Source: an uncultured Muribaculaceae bacterium
Lineage (GTDB): Bacteria; Bacteroidota; Bacteroidia; Bacteroidales; Muribaculaceae
Reading direction: 5' to 3'
Assembly (NCBI GenBank): GCA_934590135.1
Contig: CAKTOT010000001.1
Coordinates: forward strand, 25,477-89,476
DNA length: 64,000 nt
In this document: positions 35,558 through 44,271 of the stretch, piece by piece
Layout: the number at the start of each line of letters is the position of its first letter
Position numbering within the stretch: position 1 is the first letter of the stretch
The notes under the pieces: generated by a model
The model's database searches: none
The model's input: the letters and a program-made list of their open reading frames with translations, nothing else
What the model was told of the DNA's origin: nothing
Translations under genes and position numbers: made by a program

Positions 35558-36475
35558 TTACTTTGCATCGAAGTTGCCGCCGTCGGCTTCGGTCCAGGCT
35601 GTGATGGTGCAGCCTTGTACCGATACGCCGGTCTTGTGTATGGTGACGCTGATGTCGTATTGGTATCCGGCGAGCCACTCGTTGCGCGGGTTGGCGACGC
35701 CGGCATTGCGGTTGGCGGCGGTGAAGTCTATGGCGGCGGTATATGTCTGTGCACCGGGCTGTGTGGCGGTGAATGTCAGCGCGTTGGCGAAGGATTGCGG
35801 AGCCACTATCAGCGTATAGGCCACAGTCTTGGCTGCGTCATCGGCTGCGGCCGGGGCGTTTTGCTCGTCTGTGGCGTTGTTCGCAAATGTCAGCGTGGCT
35901 GCATCCTTGGAGGTTACGGTGCCGGTTGTGCGATCAAAAGAGGCTGAGGCATTGAATTCACCTAACGACAGAACGGCGTTCTTGACTTCGTCATAGGTTA
36001 CATCGCTGCCGCAACGTGCGGTGATGACAACTTTTGACATCTTGTGCGCAAAGTTGAACTTAACATTGGGGCTTGATTTGCTGCCCGTGGCCTGTGCCCA
36101 CAGGTAGTCAAAAGCCTTTTGTGAAGCCTGGATGCGTGTATCGGCACTTGCGGCGGCATCACTCCACGGATAGTATGAGGTGAAAGTCACTTCGGCATTG
36201 TCCTGGAAGTATATATGGTCGCCGGCTGCGGCAAAAGTGCCGGTGCCGTCGGTGGTGTACTTGAGATTGGAGTATGTCTTGTCGCCGCTTTGGCCGGAGA
36301 TGCCGATGACGTCACCGGATTCCCATGAGCTGTCGTAGGCACGCGAGCCGGGGGCTGTGGCTATGCTTGCGCTGAAATTGGGTTCGTCGGCGCCTGTGTT
36401 CGGCGTTGGGTTGTCGTTATTGCAGGCCGTAAGTGTGGCTGCCAAAGCAATCGTAAGTAGCGTTGTTTTTTTCAT
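35558..36475 (-). CDS. Fimbrillin family lipoprotein
   Basis: MKKTTLLTIALAATLTAC. Motifs APGSRAYDSSWESGDVIGISG and GCTITAWTEADGG. Confidence 0.65.
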   Translation of the reverse strand: MKKTTLLTIALAATLTACNNDNPTPNTGADEPNFSASIATAPGSRAYDSSWESGDVIGISGQSGDKTYSNLKYTTDGTGTFAAAGDHIYFQDNAEVTFTSYYPWSDAAASADTRIQASQKAFDYLWAQATGSKSSPNVKFNFAHKMSKVVITARCGSDVTYDEVKNAVLSLGEFNASASFDRTTGTVTSKDAATLTFANNATDEQNAPAAADDAAKTVAYTLIVAPQSFANALTFTATQPGAQTYTAAIDFTAANRNAGVANPRNEWLAGYQYDISVTIHKTGVSVQGCTITAWTEADGGNFDAK

Positions 36476-36548
36476 AATCGGTTGTTATGTTGTGTTTTTA
36501 TTTTATTCCTGTTTGTCTTAATTCGGTCGTAATATACATTGGATGACG

Positions 36549-37436
36549 TCAATGAGCGTCGTATCCACCGCCGTCGGCGACCTTCCATCCGTCAATCGAA
36601 CCGATGAAGCCGCCTTTGACCGGTAGGCGCAGGTCGGCGGTGACGGTCAACGGGTTGACTGCTTTGCCGAAGTCTTTGGTTACGCCGGAGATGTCGGAGG
36701 TGATGGTGCGAATATCGCCGTTGTCAAATAGTATATCCACTTTCAGCGACATATTGCTATAATCGGCTTCCGGTATCGCGAATAGCCGGAACTGTGCCGT
36801 CAGTAGTGCTTCTGACTGACGAAGCCGCTCGGCCGTGGTGCGTGTGCGGTCGGCGGGGTCGGCGCTGTGTGTGATGAAGTCTATGGCGCCGTATACGCCG
36901 TTGAGTGTTGCCGTGGCTGACGCGATACGGTCGTAGTCGCCTTCGATGACGTTGAGTACGAGGTCAATGCTGCGCATTAGCTGTACCATATTGACGGTGG
37001 CATAATATGTCGCCGCCGGGGCGACGTGTATCGTGCTTGTATAGTCGTGGTAGTCGCCGGAGAACATTGTGCCGGGATTGGCGATGATGCCGCCGCCTCC
37101 GTAGGCTATTGCAATAGCGGCGCGGTTACCGTTAATGATCACGCCGTCCGGGGTGTTGTATGCCGACAGGCTGTAATCGCCTATGGCGATACCATTGAAG
37201 GTGTATTTGTCGCCGGAGGCCGTGACGGTGTGGTCGCCGCCTTCGATGCGTACGTCCGGCGTAGTCCATTGCAGGTGCATGGTATATTCGGACGGCATCG
37301 CGGCGTCTGCCGAAATGTTGTTCCAGACGGTGGTCACTTCGATTTTGCCTTTGGCATCGTAGAGGGTGTCTTTGACGCACGAGGATAATGCGGTGGCGGC
37401 AATGCCTGCAAATATGCTGAGTTTGAAGAGGTTCAT
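36549..37436 (-). CDS. FimB/Mfa2-like fimbrial anchor/terminator lipoprotein
   Basis: MNLFKLSIFAGIAATALSSC lipobox, about 295 aa. It sits between the DUF3575 barrel and the fimbrillins, as in Mfa-type operons. C-terminal SIDGWKVADGG. Confidence 0.5.
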   Translation of the reverse strand: MNLFKLSIFAGIAATALSSCVKDTLYDAKGKIEVTTVWNNISADAAMPSEYTMHLQWTTPDVRIEGGDHTVTASGDKYTFNGIAIGDYSLSAYNTPDGVIINGNRAAIAIAYGGGGIIANPGTMFSGDYHDYTSTIHVAPAATYYATVNMVQLMRSIDLVLNVIEGDYDRIASATATLNGVYGAIDFITHSADPADRTRTTAERLRQSEALLTAQFRLFAIPEADYSNMSLKVDILFDNGDIRTITSDISGVTKDFGKAVNPLTVTADLRLPVKGGFIGSIDGWKVADGGGYDAH

Positions 37437-37448
37437 CGTTTCAGAGCA

Positions 37449-38483
37449 TTAAAATATGTTCCACACCAAGGTGACGCCTGCATGGGTGACGCCCCAATAA
37501 TTTTTGTTGCCATGTTCGAGGCGTACGCGAGTGCCGTCGTACAGGTAGTATTTATCGTAATCGGCGTTGAGGCCTCCGATGCCTACCGAGAGGTCAAGCG
37601 AGAGGGCTTTATTGAGTCGGAATACGTATCCGCCCTTGATGCCGCCGCCCTTGACGGTGCCTTGGCGTCCGGTGTCGGTGAATTTGTAGTTGAAATCGCC
37701 GTAATGACCGTAGATGCCGAGGTATCCGCGGTTGTCCTTGCCCATGTACAGGCGTGCTTCGGGTAATACCTCCCAGAGGGCATAGCGGCGATCTTTATCG
37801 TTCCACGACCACGAAGTCCAAGACCCGTGAGCCAGGATGCTGAAACGCTCGGAGGCATGCCATTCGATGCCGAGGTCGGGGGTGAGTGTAGCCCAGCGCA
37901 ACAGGTTGGCACGCAGGTCGATGTGAGGGCGACGGGCGACAGACGTTGTAACAACGGGTTGTTGCTCGACGGTATCGGCGGGCAGCGTCACGGGCGTCGA
38001 TTTAGGCTCGGCTTCGGGCTCGTCCGTCACCACCGGCTTTGACGGCTCGGGCATAGGCAGGGTCACGGCCTCGGAGTAGGGCAGAGTGATACGTACTTCT
38101 ACGTAATTGCCGCCGTCCGAGTGATTGGTAGTACGGAAGCACTGCTCGGTAAGGCCGCAGCGAGTAATCATTTCGGACTTGACGCGATTGCTGCGTGTGC
38201 GAGCCGTTGCAAGATTGGCTTCGGTACTGCCGCACGAGTCGCAATATCCGAATACGGCTACCGGAACATCGCCGGCAAGGATTGCTTCCTTGTGTGTATT
38301 GACGCACTCAATCAGTGCCGCTATCTGGTTGTGGTTGTCCTGATAGCCATCGTAAAAACGGTCTGAAGTGGCGGCAAAGCGGAACGTGAGGACGCGGCTC
38401 TCGCCTTGCTCTTGCGCCGTCACGGCAATGCCGGCTGTAAACAGCATCGCGCATAGGGTGCAGATTATTCGTCGTATAGTCAT
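37449..38483 (-). CDS. Outer-membrane protein: OmpA-like/unknown N-terminal domain, Pro/Glu-rich linker, C-terminal DUF3575 beta-barrel
   Basis: Signal MTIRRIICTLCAMLFTAGIAVTAQ. DLRANLLRWATLTPDLGIEWHASERFSILAHGSWTSWSW ... GVTLVWNIF matches DUF3575-type barrels, which commonly head Bacteroidales fimbrial operons. Confidence 0.65.
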   Translation of the reverse strand: MTIRRIICTLCAMLFTAGIAVTAQEQGESRVLTFRFAATSDRFYDGYQDNHNQIAALIECVNTHKEAILAGDVPVAVFGYCDSCGSTEANLATARTRSNRVKSEMITRCGLTEQCFRTTNHSDGGNYVEVRITLPYSEAVTLPMPEPSKPVVTDEPEAEPKSTPVTLPADTVEQQPVVTTSVARRPHIDLRANLLRWATLTPDLGIEWHASERFSILAHGSWTSWSWNDKDRRYALWEVLPEARLYMGKDNRGYLGIYGHYGDFNYKFTDTGRQGTVKGGGIKGGYVFRLNKALSLDLSVGIGGLNADYDKYYLYDGTRVRLEHGNKNYWGVTHAGVTLVWNIF

Positions 38484-38707
38484 ATCGTGTTAGGGTTGGA
38501 TGTTTTCAATCATAATGGATGACCGGTCGGATAAATTAGACGAGGGCATCGCGGCAGATGTCGCGGTGCTCTCGGTCTTTGTATCCTGCGGTGTATCGGA
38601 CTCCGCAAAGTAAGTGTATATAGAAGATCTGTATTAGGGGTCATTGCGTTTTCTGCTGATGTACGCATCATAATATGGTCCGATATGCGCACAAACATTT
38701 GTTTTTG

Positions 38708-38715
38708 CAAATTTA
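38708..38715 (-). promoter_or_regulatory. Candidate -7 box (TAAATTTG) for the pilus operon
   Basis: Exact TAnnTTTG match on the minus strand, 225 nt upstream of the ATG at 38483. Confidence 0.4.
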
Positions 38716-38756
38716 CCCATAATTACTCGCGATATTTGGCCGTATCGACAATTTCA

Positions 38757-38908
38757 TTTTCCGCTAAGAGTATCCGCGACATGTTTTAACTTTCCGCTGA
38801 GCACAAGTGACAATCGCTTTTTGCGTTGCTGCACGACAGAGAGTCGAGGCGCAAAGAGGTATATTTTCCGCTGAGCTACATCCGGAACGGATAGATTTTC
38901 CGCTGACG
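38757..38908. promoter_or_regulatory. Four direct repeats of (T/C)TTTCCGCT(G/A)A(G/C)
   Basis: TTTTCCGCTAAG 38757-38768, CTTTCCGCTGAG 38790-38801, TTTTCCGCTGAG 38864-38875, TTTTCCGCTGAC 38897-38908. Start-to-start spacing is 33, 74 and 33 nt. They lie 40-200 nt upstream of the candidate pilus promoter. Confidence 0.6.
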
Positions 38909-39023
38909 TGTCGGTGTGGCCCGGCTTGTTTGGCCTTATTGACAAATTGCGGTGTTTTTGAAAAGATATTGGATTTCCCCTGTAAATACTTTCTTTGATC
39001 GGACTCAGAAAGGATGTGCCGGG

Positions 39024-40178
39024 TTACAGTTTGACGCCGCTGACGATTTCGGGGTCAACCTGCGGCACGCTGCGCTTGGCCTTGCTGAAACTCGAGCCGG
39101 AGGCAAAGCCGGCGGCTTCGGCTATTTCGCTCTGCTTGGCTTCGGGATGTGCCAGTCCGTACAGGCGTGCATGTTCCAGACGGAACATATTGATGAGGTT
39201 GTAGTATCCGATTCGAATGATAAAGCGATTGGCGCTGCTTTTTTTGCCCGAGTCTATGAGTGCGAGTATGTCCGATTTTTGCAAGTGCGGTTCGCGATAT
39301 TTTTGCAGGATAATATCGAGGACTTGGCGGCGGGCTTCGGGCGATTCGGGCTCGGCCGTTGCAGCATCTTTCGCTTCGTTGACTTCTTCCTCTTTGGCCG
39401 CGATGATGGCTTCTTCCATAAGCTTGGTTTTGCGGCTTTCGATTTGGTCGATGTCTTCTTCGATGTACTTGGGTCGCAGAAGACGTTGCGGGTGAAGTAT
39501 CAGGCACAGGAATAGCACCATCCATATAGATAGGATAATATCGGCCGCCATATTAAGGCCGCGGCTGTCGGCAATCAGTATCGCCCAGACTATCGCGGTC
39601 CATATTGCCGGAATATAGATGACTTTGCCGGCGAATTTGTGCGGAAAGTCGTTGATGTCCGCAAAGTTGCCCTTGTTGTATGCCGAGATACGGTTTCTGA
39701 GCCAAAGCAGCGTCTTGAGCATATACGCCGTCAGGATTAAGCCTATGCCGGAGGCTATGCCGAGTATCGTAGAGGCGTGTGCCTCAATCCATACGCCGGC
39801 AGGAGCGTACATCACGGCGCCGGCCATGACAAATAGCAGACTTATGGGCGTATAAAAGAACAGAATGGCTCCCGGCCCGCGCATCTTTTGCCATTTGAAG
39901 TACCGCAGGAACATGGCCGTAAATGCTGCGGGATAGTATACTACGCCGAAGACGCGTACAAAGACCCACGTCCCCGGGGCTTCCGGATGCAGGTAATAGG
40001 GCGTCAATATCGCTATAGCCATAAATAAAAAGGCGGTAAGCGAACTTGCCGGATAGAAATATCGGGCTTCTTTGTCGTACGGGCGGCAGTGGTGCATCAG
40101 TCGGATGATGCCGCAGATGATTCCTGTGACGATGAATATAAGGCAGGTGTCGGAATAGTATGTATAGCCTTCGGGCAT
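39024..40178 (-). CDS. Membrane-embedded (about 7 TM) AraC-family HTH transcriptional regulator
   Basis: Seven hydrophobic segments in residues 1-230, an acidic coiled linker, and a C-terminal AraC-type HTH (NLINMFRLEHARLYGLAHPEAKQSEIAEAAGFASGSSFSKAKRS). Confidence 0.75.
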   Translation of the reverse strand: MPEGYTYYSDTCLIFIVTGIICGIIRLMHHCRPYDKEARYFYPASSLTAFLFMAIAILTPYYLHPEAPGTWVFVRVFGVVYYPAAFTAMFLRYFKWQKMRGPGAILFFYTPISLLFVMAGAVMYAPAGVWIEAHASTILGIASGIGLILTAYMLKTLLWLRNRISAYNKGNFADINDFPHKFAGKVIYIPAIWTAIVWAILIADSRGLNMAADIILSIWMVLFLCLILHPQRLLRPKYIEEDIDQIESRKTKLMEEAIIAAKEEEVNEAKDAATAEPESPEARRQVLDIILQKYREPHLQKSDILALIDSGKKSSANRFIIRIGYYNLINMFRLEHARLYGLAHPEAKQSEIAEAAGFASGSSFSKAKRSVPQVDPEIVSGVKL

Positions 40179-40219
40179 TTTGTGTCGTGTATATGATGTT
40201 GTGCAGCGCTTTTGCGCTG

Positions 40220-40227
40220 CAAATCTA
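40220..40227 (-). promoter_or_regulatory. Candidate -7 box (TAGATTTG)
   Basis: Exact TAnnTTTG match 42 nt upstream of the ATG at 40178. Confidence 0.4.
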
Positions 40228-40304
40228 CTGATTTTTTGCGTAACGGCCTACGCTTAGCGGCAAAAATGGGGATGAGAGGATGCGTTTTAGTGGCAAATAC
40301 AAAG

Positions 40305-40338
40305 CTCGGGGCGTGCCTCTGTGCGGACACGCCCCGAG
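40305..40338 (-). terminator. Perfect 11-bp GC-rich hairpin after the large T9SS gene
   Basis: CTCGGGGCGTG (40305-40315) pairs with CACGCCCCGAG (40328-40338). On the minus strand it is followed by CTTTGTATTTG. It lies about 70 nt after the stop at 40409. Confidence 0.55.
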
Positions 40339-40408
40339 ATTGAAGGGGACGGATACGGCGGCAATCAGTGATGCCGTATTCCGTTATGGATTGTGGGTCT
40401 TGTTGTCG

Positions 40409-43400
40409 TTATTTGACATAGACTTTGGCGACTTTGCCGTTGGCGCTGCGGCGTACGTAGATGCCGGGGGTCAGGTTGTCGGCGTCCACGCGGATGCCTT
40501 GCAGGTTGAAGTACTCGGCAGCGGCGTTGTCGTCTACGGTGATGTCATCAATGGCACCGGTGTAGAAGAATACTTTATTGGATTCGCCGGACTCGATGCC
40601 GTTTTGGATGGCGGTGACGTAGTAGTTTCCTTGTTTTGCATCGGGAATGATGACGGAAGTATCGGTCAGACCTTCGCGAATCTTCTCGCCTTCGCAATAC
40701 AGGTTGTAGGTGATGCCGTCAGCGTCCTGAGTTTTGTTTACAGTCTGGTCATCGTTGGCCAGGACGGCTTTAATGGCCCAGTTGTAGTTGAGCTTGAACT
40801 TCACGGACAGACGATACCAGTATCCGGGGGCGCCGCTGTTGGTGAGGATGTCACCCTTGTCGGGGTCGCTGGGGAATGTGCCGTCTTCCATAACATCAAC
40901 GCCGAGGGGCTTGATGCCTGATTCGTGCGACAGAGTGTAGCCTATATACAGGTCGGCACCTTCCTTGATGAGGTACGGCTCGTTGAGGCGCACGTCATTC
41001 CAACCGGTGGTGACTGTGGATACAGGCTGGTGGTATACGATATTTTCGTCTTCGGCGATTTCGATGGCCACGTCAGATACGTCCGTAGAGTAGAGGCCGA
41101 ACATAATGTGGTCGATGCGTTGACCAATGTATGGTTTCAGGTCTTCCTTGGCAAAGCGGATGAATGCGTGGGGCGTGAGGTCTTTGCCGGTAAGTCCGAG
41201 ACCACCGATCTTGGTGCCCTGAACATAGGTCATCGTGAGTGCTTGGTCGGGTGATTTCCAGGTGAGGTTGAGGCCGTCGGCAGTGGATGTGCCGGTGAGT
41301 GCGTAGGGTGCTACACCCTTTTGAACGATGGGGCGGCTTACGGTGAAGGAGCGTGTGGCGGGCGATTCCCAGTTGTTTTCGTATACGGCGGTGATGTAGT
41401 ATGTATACTCATTGAACGACGGCAACTTGTCGATGTAAGCCATTTCGGTAGTGGTGGCAATGACCTCGCCGTTGCGGTATATGTTGAATTTCAGCGGTTT
41501 GGGTCTGTTAGCTGCCTTGGCTATCACCTTCGGAGCGTTTTTGGTGTATACAGCATCGATGGGTTCTTCGGTTGCTTGTACCGGGCTGATACCCAGGCTT
41601 GCGGCATTGCTCATTGAGATAGCCTGTTCGGTTGTTGAGCCGGATTCGCCCTCGGTGACGTAAGCGTCTATAAAGAGGTTGTTGTCAGTGGCTTCTGCGG
41701 ATACGGTGGCAAGGTTTATCCAGTTGAGACCGTTGGTGAGGCTTATGCGTGCGCCGCCGGTTTTCAGCGGGCCTGCGTCGACGATCAGCGCTTGAGCTTT
41801 GGCCGGTATAGTGCCGCTATAAGCAAGGTAGAGGTCTTCTTCGCCGGTGATTTCGACAGGCGTTTCCAGCGGTGCTGTATATATGGCGAGCGGGCTTATT
41901 TCGCCGTCTTTGAAGGATAGTTCGGCAAGGGCCTTGCCTTTGGCGGTGTATACGCCTACTTTGAAATCGCCGATGGCTTCGCCGATAGCAAATTTCAAGC
42001 GATTAATTTTCATACCTTTGTATGCTGCGAGTTCGTCTTTTGTGAACTGTGAACCCCACATCATGGTCATCTCTTCTTCAAAGCCTGTGAGGTACTGAGC
42101 GGCATCGCACTTGGACAACTTTTGGTCCATATTCCATGCGATGGAAACCTCGTTGAGTTCTTTGTTGTAGGCGTGTCCGCTGAGTTCGGGCGCTGCATAT
42201 TTCTCGGGCAGCGAAACATTTACGGTAAATTCTTCGGGATATGACGTGTAGTAGTCGTAGTCGGCCTTCAGGGTGTAGATGTAGCTACCGGGGCCGGGCA
42301 CGGCGTCCGTATATGTGGTGCTCTTGATGCCGGAAGCGATGACTTCGCCGTCGCGAGTGAGGGTATATCCGGTGGGTGCTTCTTTGGTGGTGGCGCCTTC
42401 GAGTGTGGCATACAATGCCCAGTTGCCGGAGAAACCGCCGCTCTTCAGCGTCTTCCAGGTGGGAGATGTTTTCTCGAAGCCTTTGGAGCTGGGCGATGTA
42501 ACTGAGAATGTATTACCGAGTACGTCAACGGTTCGGGCTGAGGTGATGCCTATGGGATGCTTGCCTGTGGTGTGTAATATATACAGACCGTATGCGTATG
42601 TGTGTCCGGGTGTCAGTGCGTAGGGCTCGCTCATTGCAAATGTGCTGACTTCGTTGGCTTTTATAGCGGCAATTTCGTCTGCGGAAGCGTCTTGTGCGTA
42701 GTCGATGACGCCGTCTTTCATTACAAAGAGTTTGACGGCGCTGATCACGGCTTCGGTGAAGATGGTCTTTATATTTGTAATCTTGGCATTCGTGCCGAAG
42801 GCTGTAAGGTCATCGGCAGTGAAGACGTTGCGTATCCATACCTTGGTGTTGGATTTTGCGGAGCCGCCTATCGAGAGGACAACTTCGTCATTGCCCCAAG
42901 TGAGGTTGCTGCCTCCGGTGAGGGGCTCGTTCCATACCAGGACGTGCTTGAAGTCGCCGGCCCAGGTGTTGTAGCTGTAGTGTGCCGAGGGCGCGGACTT
43001 GGCGAAGTCAAGGGTTGTCACCGTGCATGTGGTAGCCGACAGACGATGCTCGTCGGGGTAGTCGGCTGATACATAGACCTGATGCTTGCCGGCGGGAACG
43101 TTGTTCATTACGGCGGTGTACTCTATGACTCCGGAATATTTGTTCTTGGCGCTGGTGATGGTGACGTCTTCCGGGTTGTAGAAGTCTCCGTCCATCATTA
43201 CGCTATAACCCGTGGGGGCTTCGTCTACTTTATTGACGATATTGGCGGTCACCAGGTAATCACCGGCGCCGGTGGCTGTCCAGTTTTTGCCGTCGGTGCT
43301 GTATAGATCGCCTTTGCCGGGGGCATCGGTGGTCTTGTCCTTCATAAGCACGAAGTCCACATTGTATCCGCCTTCAACTTTGATGGCGAAGATGTATTCG

Positions 43401-43855
43401 GCATCGGCTTTGATGGTTACGTGATTGTCAAGTTCGATTTTCAGGGTTGTGTTTTTCACATATTTGCTGTGGTCGGCCACGCCTTGTGACACGACTACGC
43501 CGTTTTCGTATACCAGTCCGGTGACCTTGGCGACATTGCGATACTGTGCGTATGTGATGCCGTCCACGACCTGACCCACATAATCCTTGAGGTCTTCGGC
43601 CGTAAATTTGGCACCGGCGTATGCAACCTGTGCTTTCTGTAAGTCACCATTGATGAAGTTGTCTCCATTGTAGTCGTAGTCGTCGTGCCACTGGAGGGTC
43701 TTGGGTGCTTCGGGTGCACGCCATTGTAGGCGTACTTGCTGGAAGTAGGCATCGGCTACAAGAGTGTGGGCTCCGCCTCGCGTGGCGTAAGCGGGTGTCG
43801 CACACAGTATTGCGGCAAGAGCCGCACCGAGGCTACGAGTTAAGGCTTTTTTCAT
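40409..43855 (-). CDS. Large (1148 aa) repetitive T9SS-exported surface protein, adhesin-like
   Basis: The ATG at 43855 gives MKKALTRSLGAALAAILCATPAYA. A fourfold module recurs (for example AGAKFTAEDLKDYVGQVVDGI, RNVFTADDLTAFGTNAKITNI, GSQFTKDELAAYKGMKINRL, IRFAKEDLKPYIGQRIDHI). Each module is followed by an FN3-like segment (YNIYRNGEVIATT...YYITAVYENN). CTD: AEYFNLQGIRVDADNLTPGIYVRRSANGKVAKVYVK. Confidence 0.85.
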   Translation of the reverse strand: MKKALTRSLGAALAAILCATPAYATRGGAHTLVADAYFQQVRLQWRAPEAPKTLQWHDDYDYNGDNFINGDLQKAQVAYAGAKFTAEDLKDYVGQVVDGITYAQYRNVAKVTGLVYENGVVVSQGVADHSKYVKNTTLKIELDNHVTIKADAEYIFAIKVEGGYNVDFVLMKDKTTDAPGKGDLYSTDGKNWTATGAGDYLVTANIVNKVDEAPTGYSVMMDGDFYNPEDVTITSAKNKYSGVIEYTAVMNNVPAGKHQVYVSADYPDEHRLSATTCTVTTLDFAKSAPSAHYSYNTWAGDFKHVLVWNEPLTGGSNLTWGNDEVVLSIGGSAKSNTKVWIRNVFTADDLTAFGTNAKITNIKTIFTEAVISAVKLFVMKDGVIDYAQDASADEIAAIKANEVSTFAMSEPYALTPGHTYAYGLYILHTTGKHPIGITSARTVDVLGNTFSVTSPSSKGFEKTSPTWKTLKSGGFSGNWALYATLEGATTKEAPTGYTLTRDGEVIASGIKSTTYTDAVPGPGSYIYTLKADYDYYTSYPEEFTVNVSLPEKYAAPELSGHAYNKELNEVSIAWNMDQKLSKCDAAQYLTGFEEEMTMMWGSQFTKDELAAYKGMKINRLKFAIGEAIGDFKVGVYTAKGKALAELSFKDGEISPLAIYTAPLETPVEITGEEDLYLAYSGTIPAKAQALIVDAGPLKTGGARISLTNGLNWINLATVSAEATDNNLFIDAYVTEGESGSTTEQAISMSNAASLGISPVQATEEPIDAVYTKNAPKVIAKAANRPKPLKFNIYRNGEVIATTTEMAYIDKLPSFNEYTYYITAVYENNWESPATRSFTVSRPIVQKGVAPYALTGTSTADGLNLTWKSPDQALTMTYVQGTKIGGLGLTGKDLTPHAFIRFAKEDLKPYIGQRIDHIMFGLYSTDVSDVAIEIAEDENIVYHQPVSTVTTGWNDVRLNEPYLIKEGADLYIGYTLSHESGIKPLGVDVMEDGTFPSDPDKGDILTNSGAPGYWYRLSVKFKLNYNWAIKAVLANDDQTVNKTQDADGITYNLYCEGEKIREGLTDTSVIIPDAKQGNYYVTAIQNGIESGESNKVFFYTGAIDDITVDDNAAAEYFNLQGIRVDADNLTPGIYVRRSANGKVAKVYVK

Positions 43856-44068
43856 AGAACCTTGATTTGGGGTTAGTTGTGAATAAAATTGAGTAGTTAT
43901 ATCAATACGTGTCTTTTTGTATTCCAAAAAATACGTGTAATGATGCGTCTTTGCGTGATATAATTATGTACTAAAGGATAATTCGGGGTTGTGAAAATCG
44001 TTTTTTTCACATTTATGTAATTTCCTTTTCGGATGCTCTCTTGCACCATTGCCAAATATTATCGGCAG

Positions 44069-44076
44069 CAAATTTA
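44069..44076 (-). promoter_or_regulatory. Candidate -7 box (TAAATTTG)
   Basis: Exact TAnnTTTG match on the minus strand, 214 nt upstream of the ATG at 43855. Confidence 0.3.
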
Positions 44077-44271
44077 TGTATTTTATGTGAATACACAAGC
44101 ATGTAACGGATATTTTTTTGCGGGTTGGGAATTTAATTGTAACTTCGTGGAGGCAAATGGCGGCCGCGGGCAAGCGGACGGGCCGTGCTGAATGATTTCT
44201 CCGGCGCTGATGTCGGCCTCTGCTGCCGCGCATCTGCGTCTTAAAAATAGACCAACGAAACTGACGCATCA

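Noticed and set aside
40202-40221. TGCAGCGC-TTTT-GCGCTGCA hairpin as a terminator
   Set aside because: It overlaps the candidate -7 box and start region of the AraC-type gene, and it lacks a U-tract on the relevant strand. The stronger hairpin at 40305-40338 already accounts for termination of the upstream gene.
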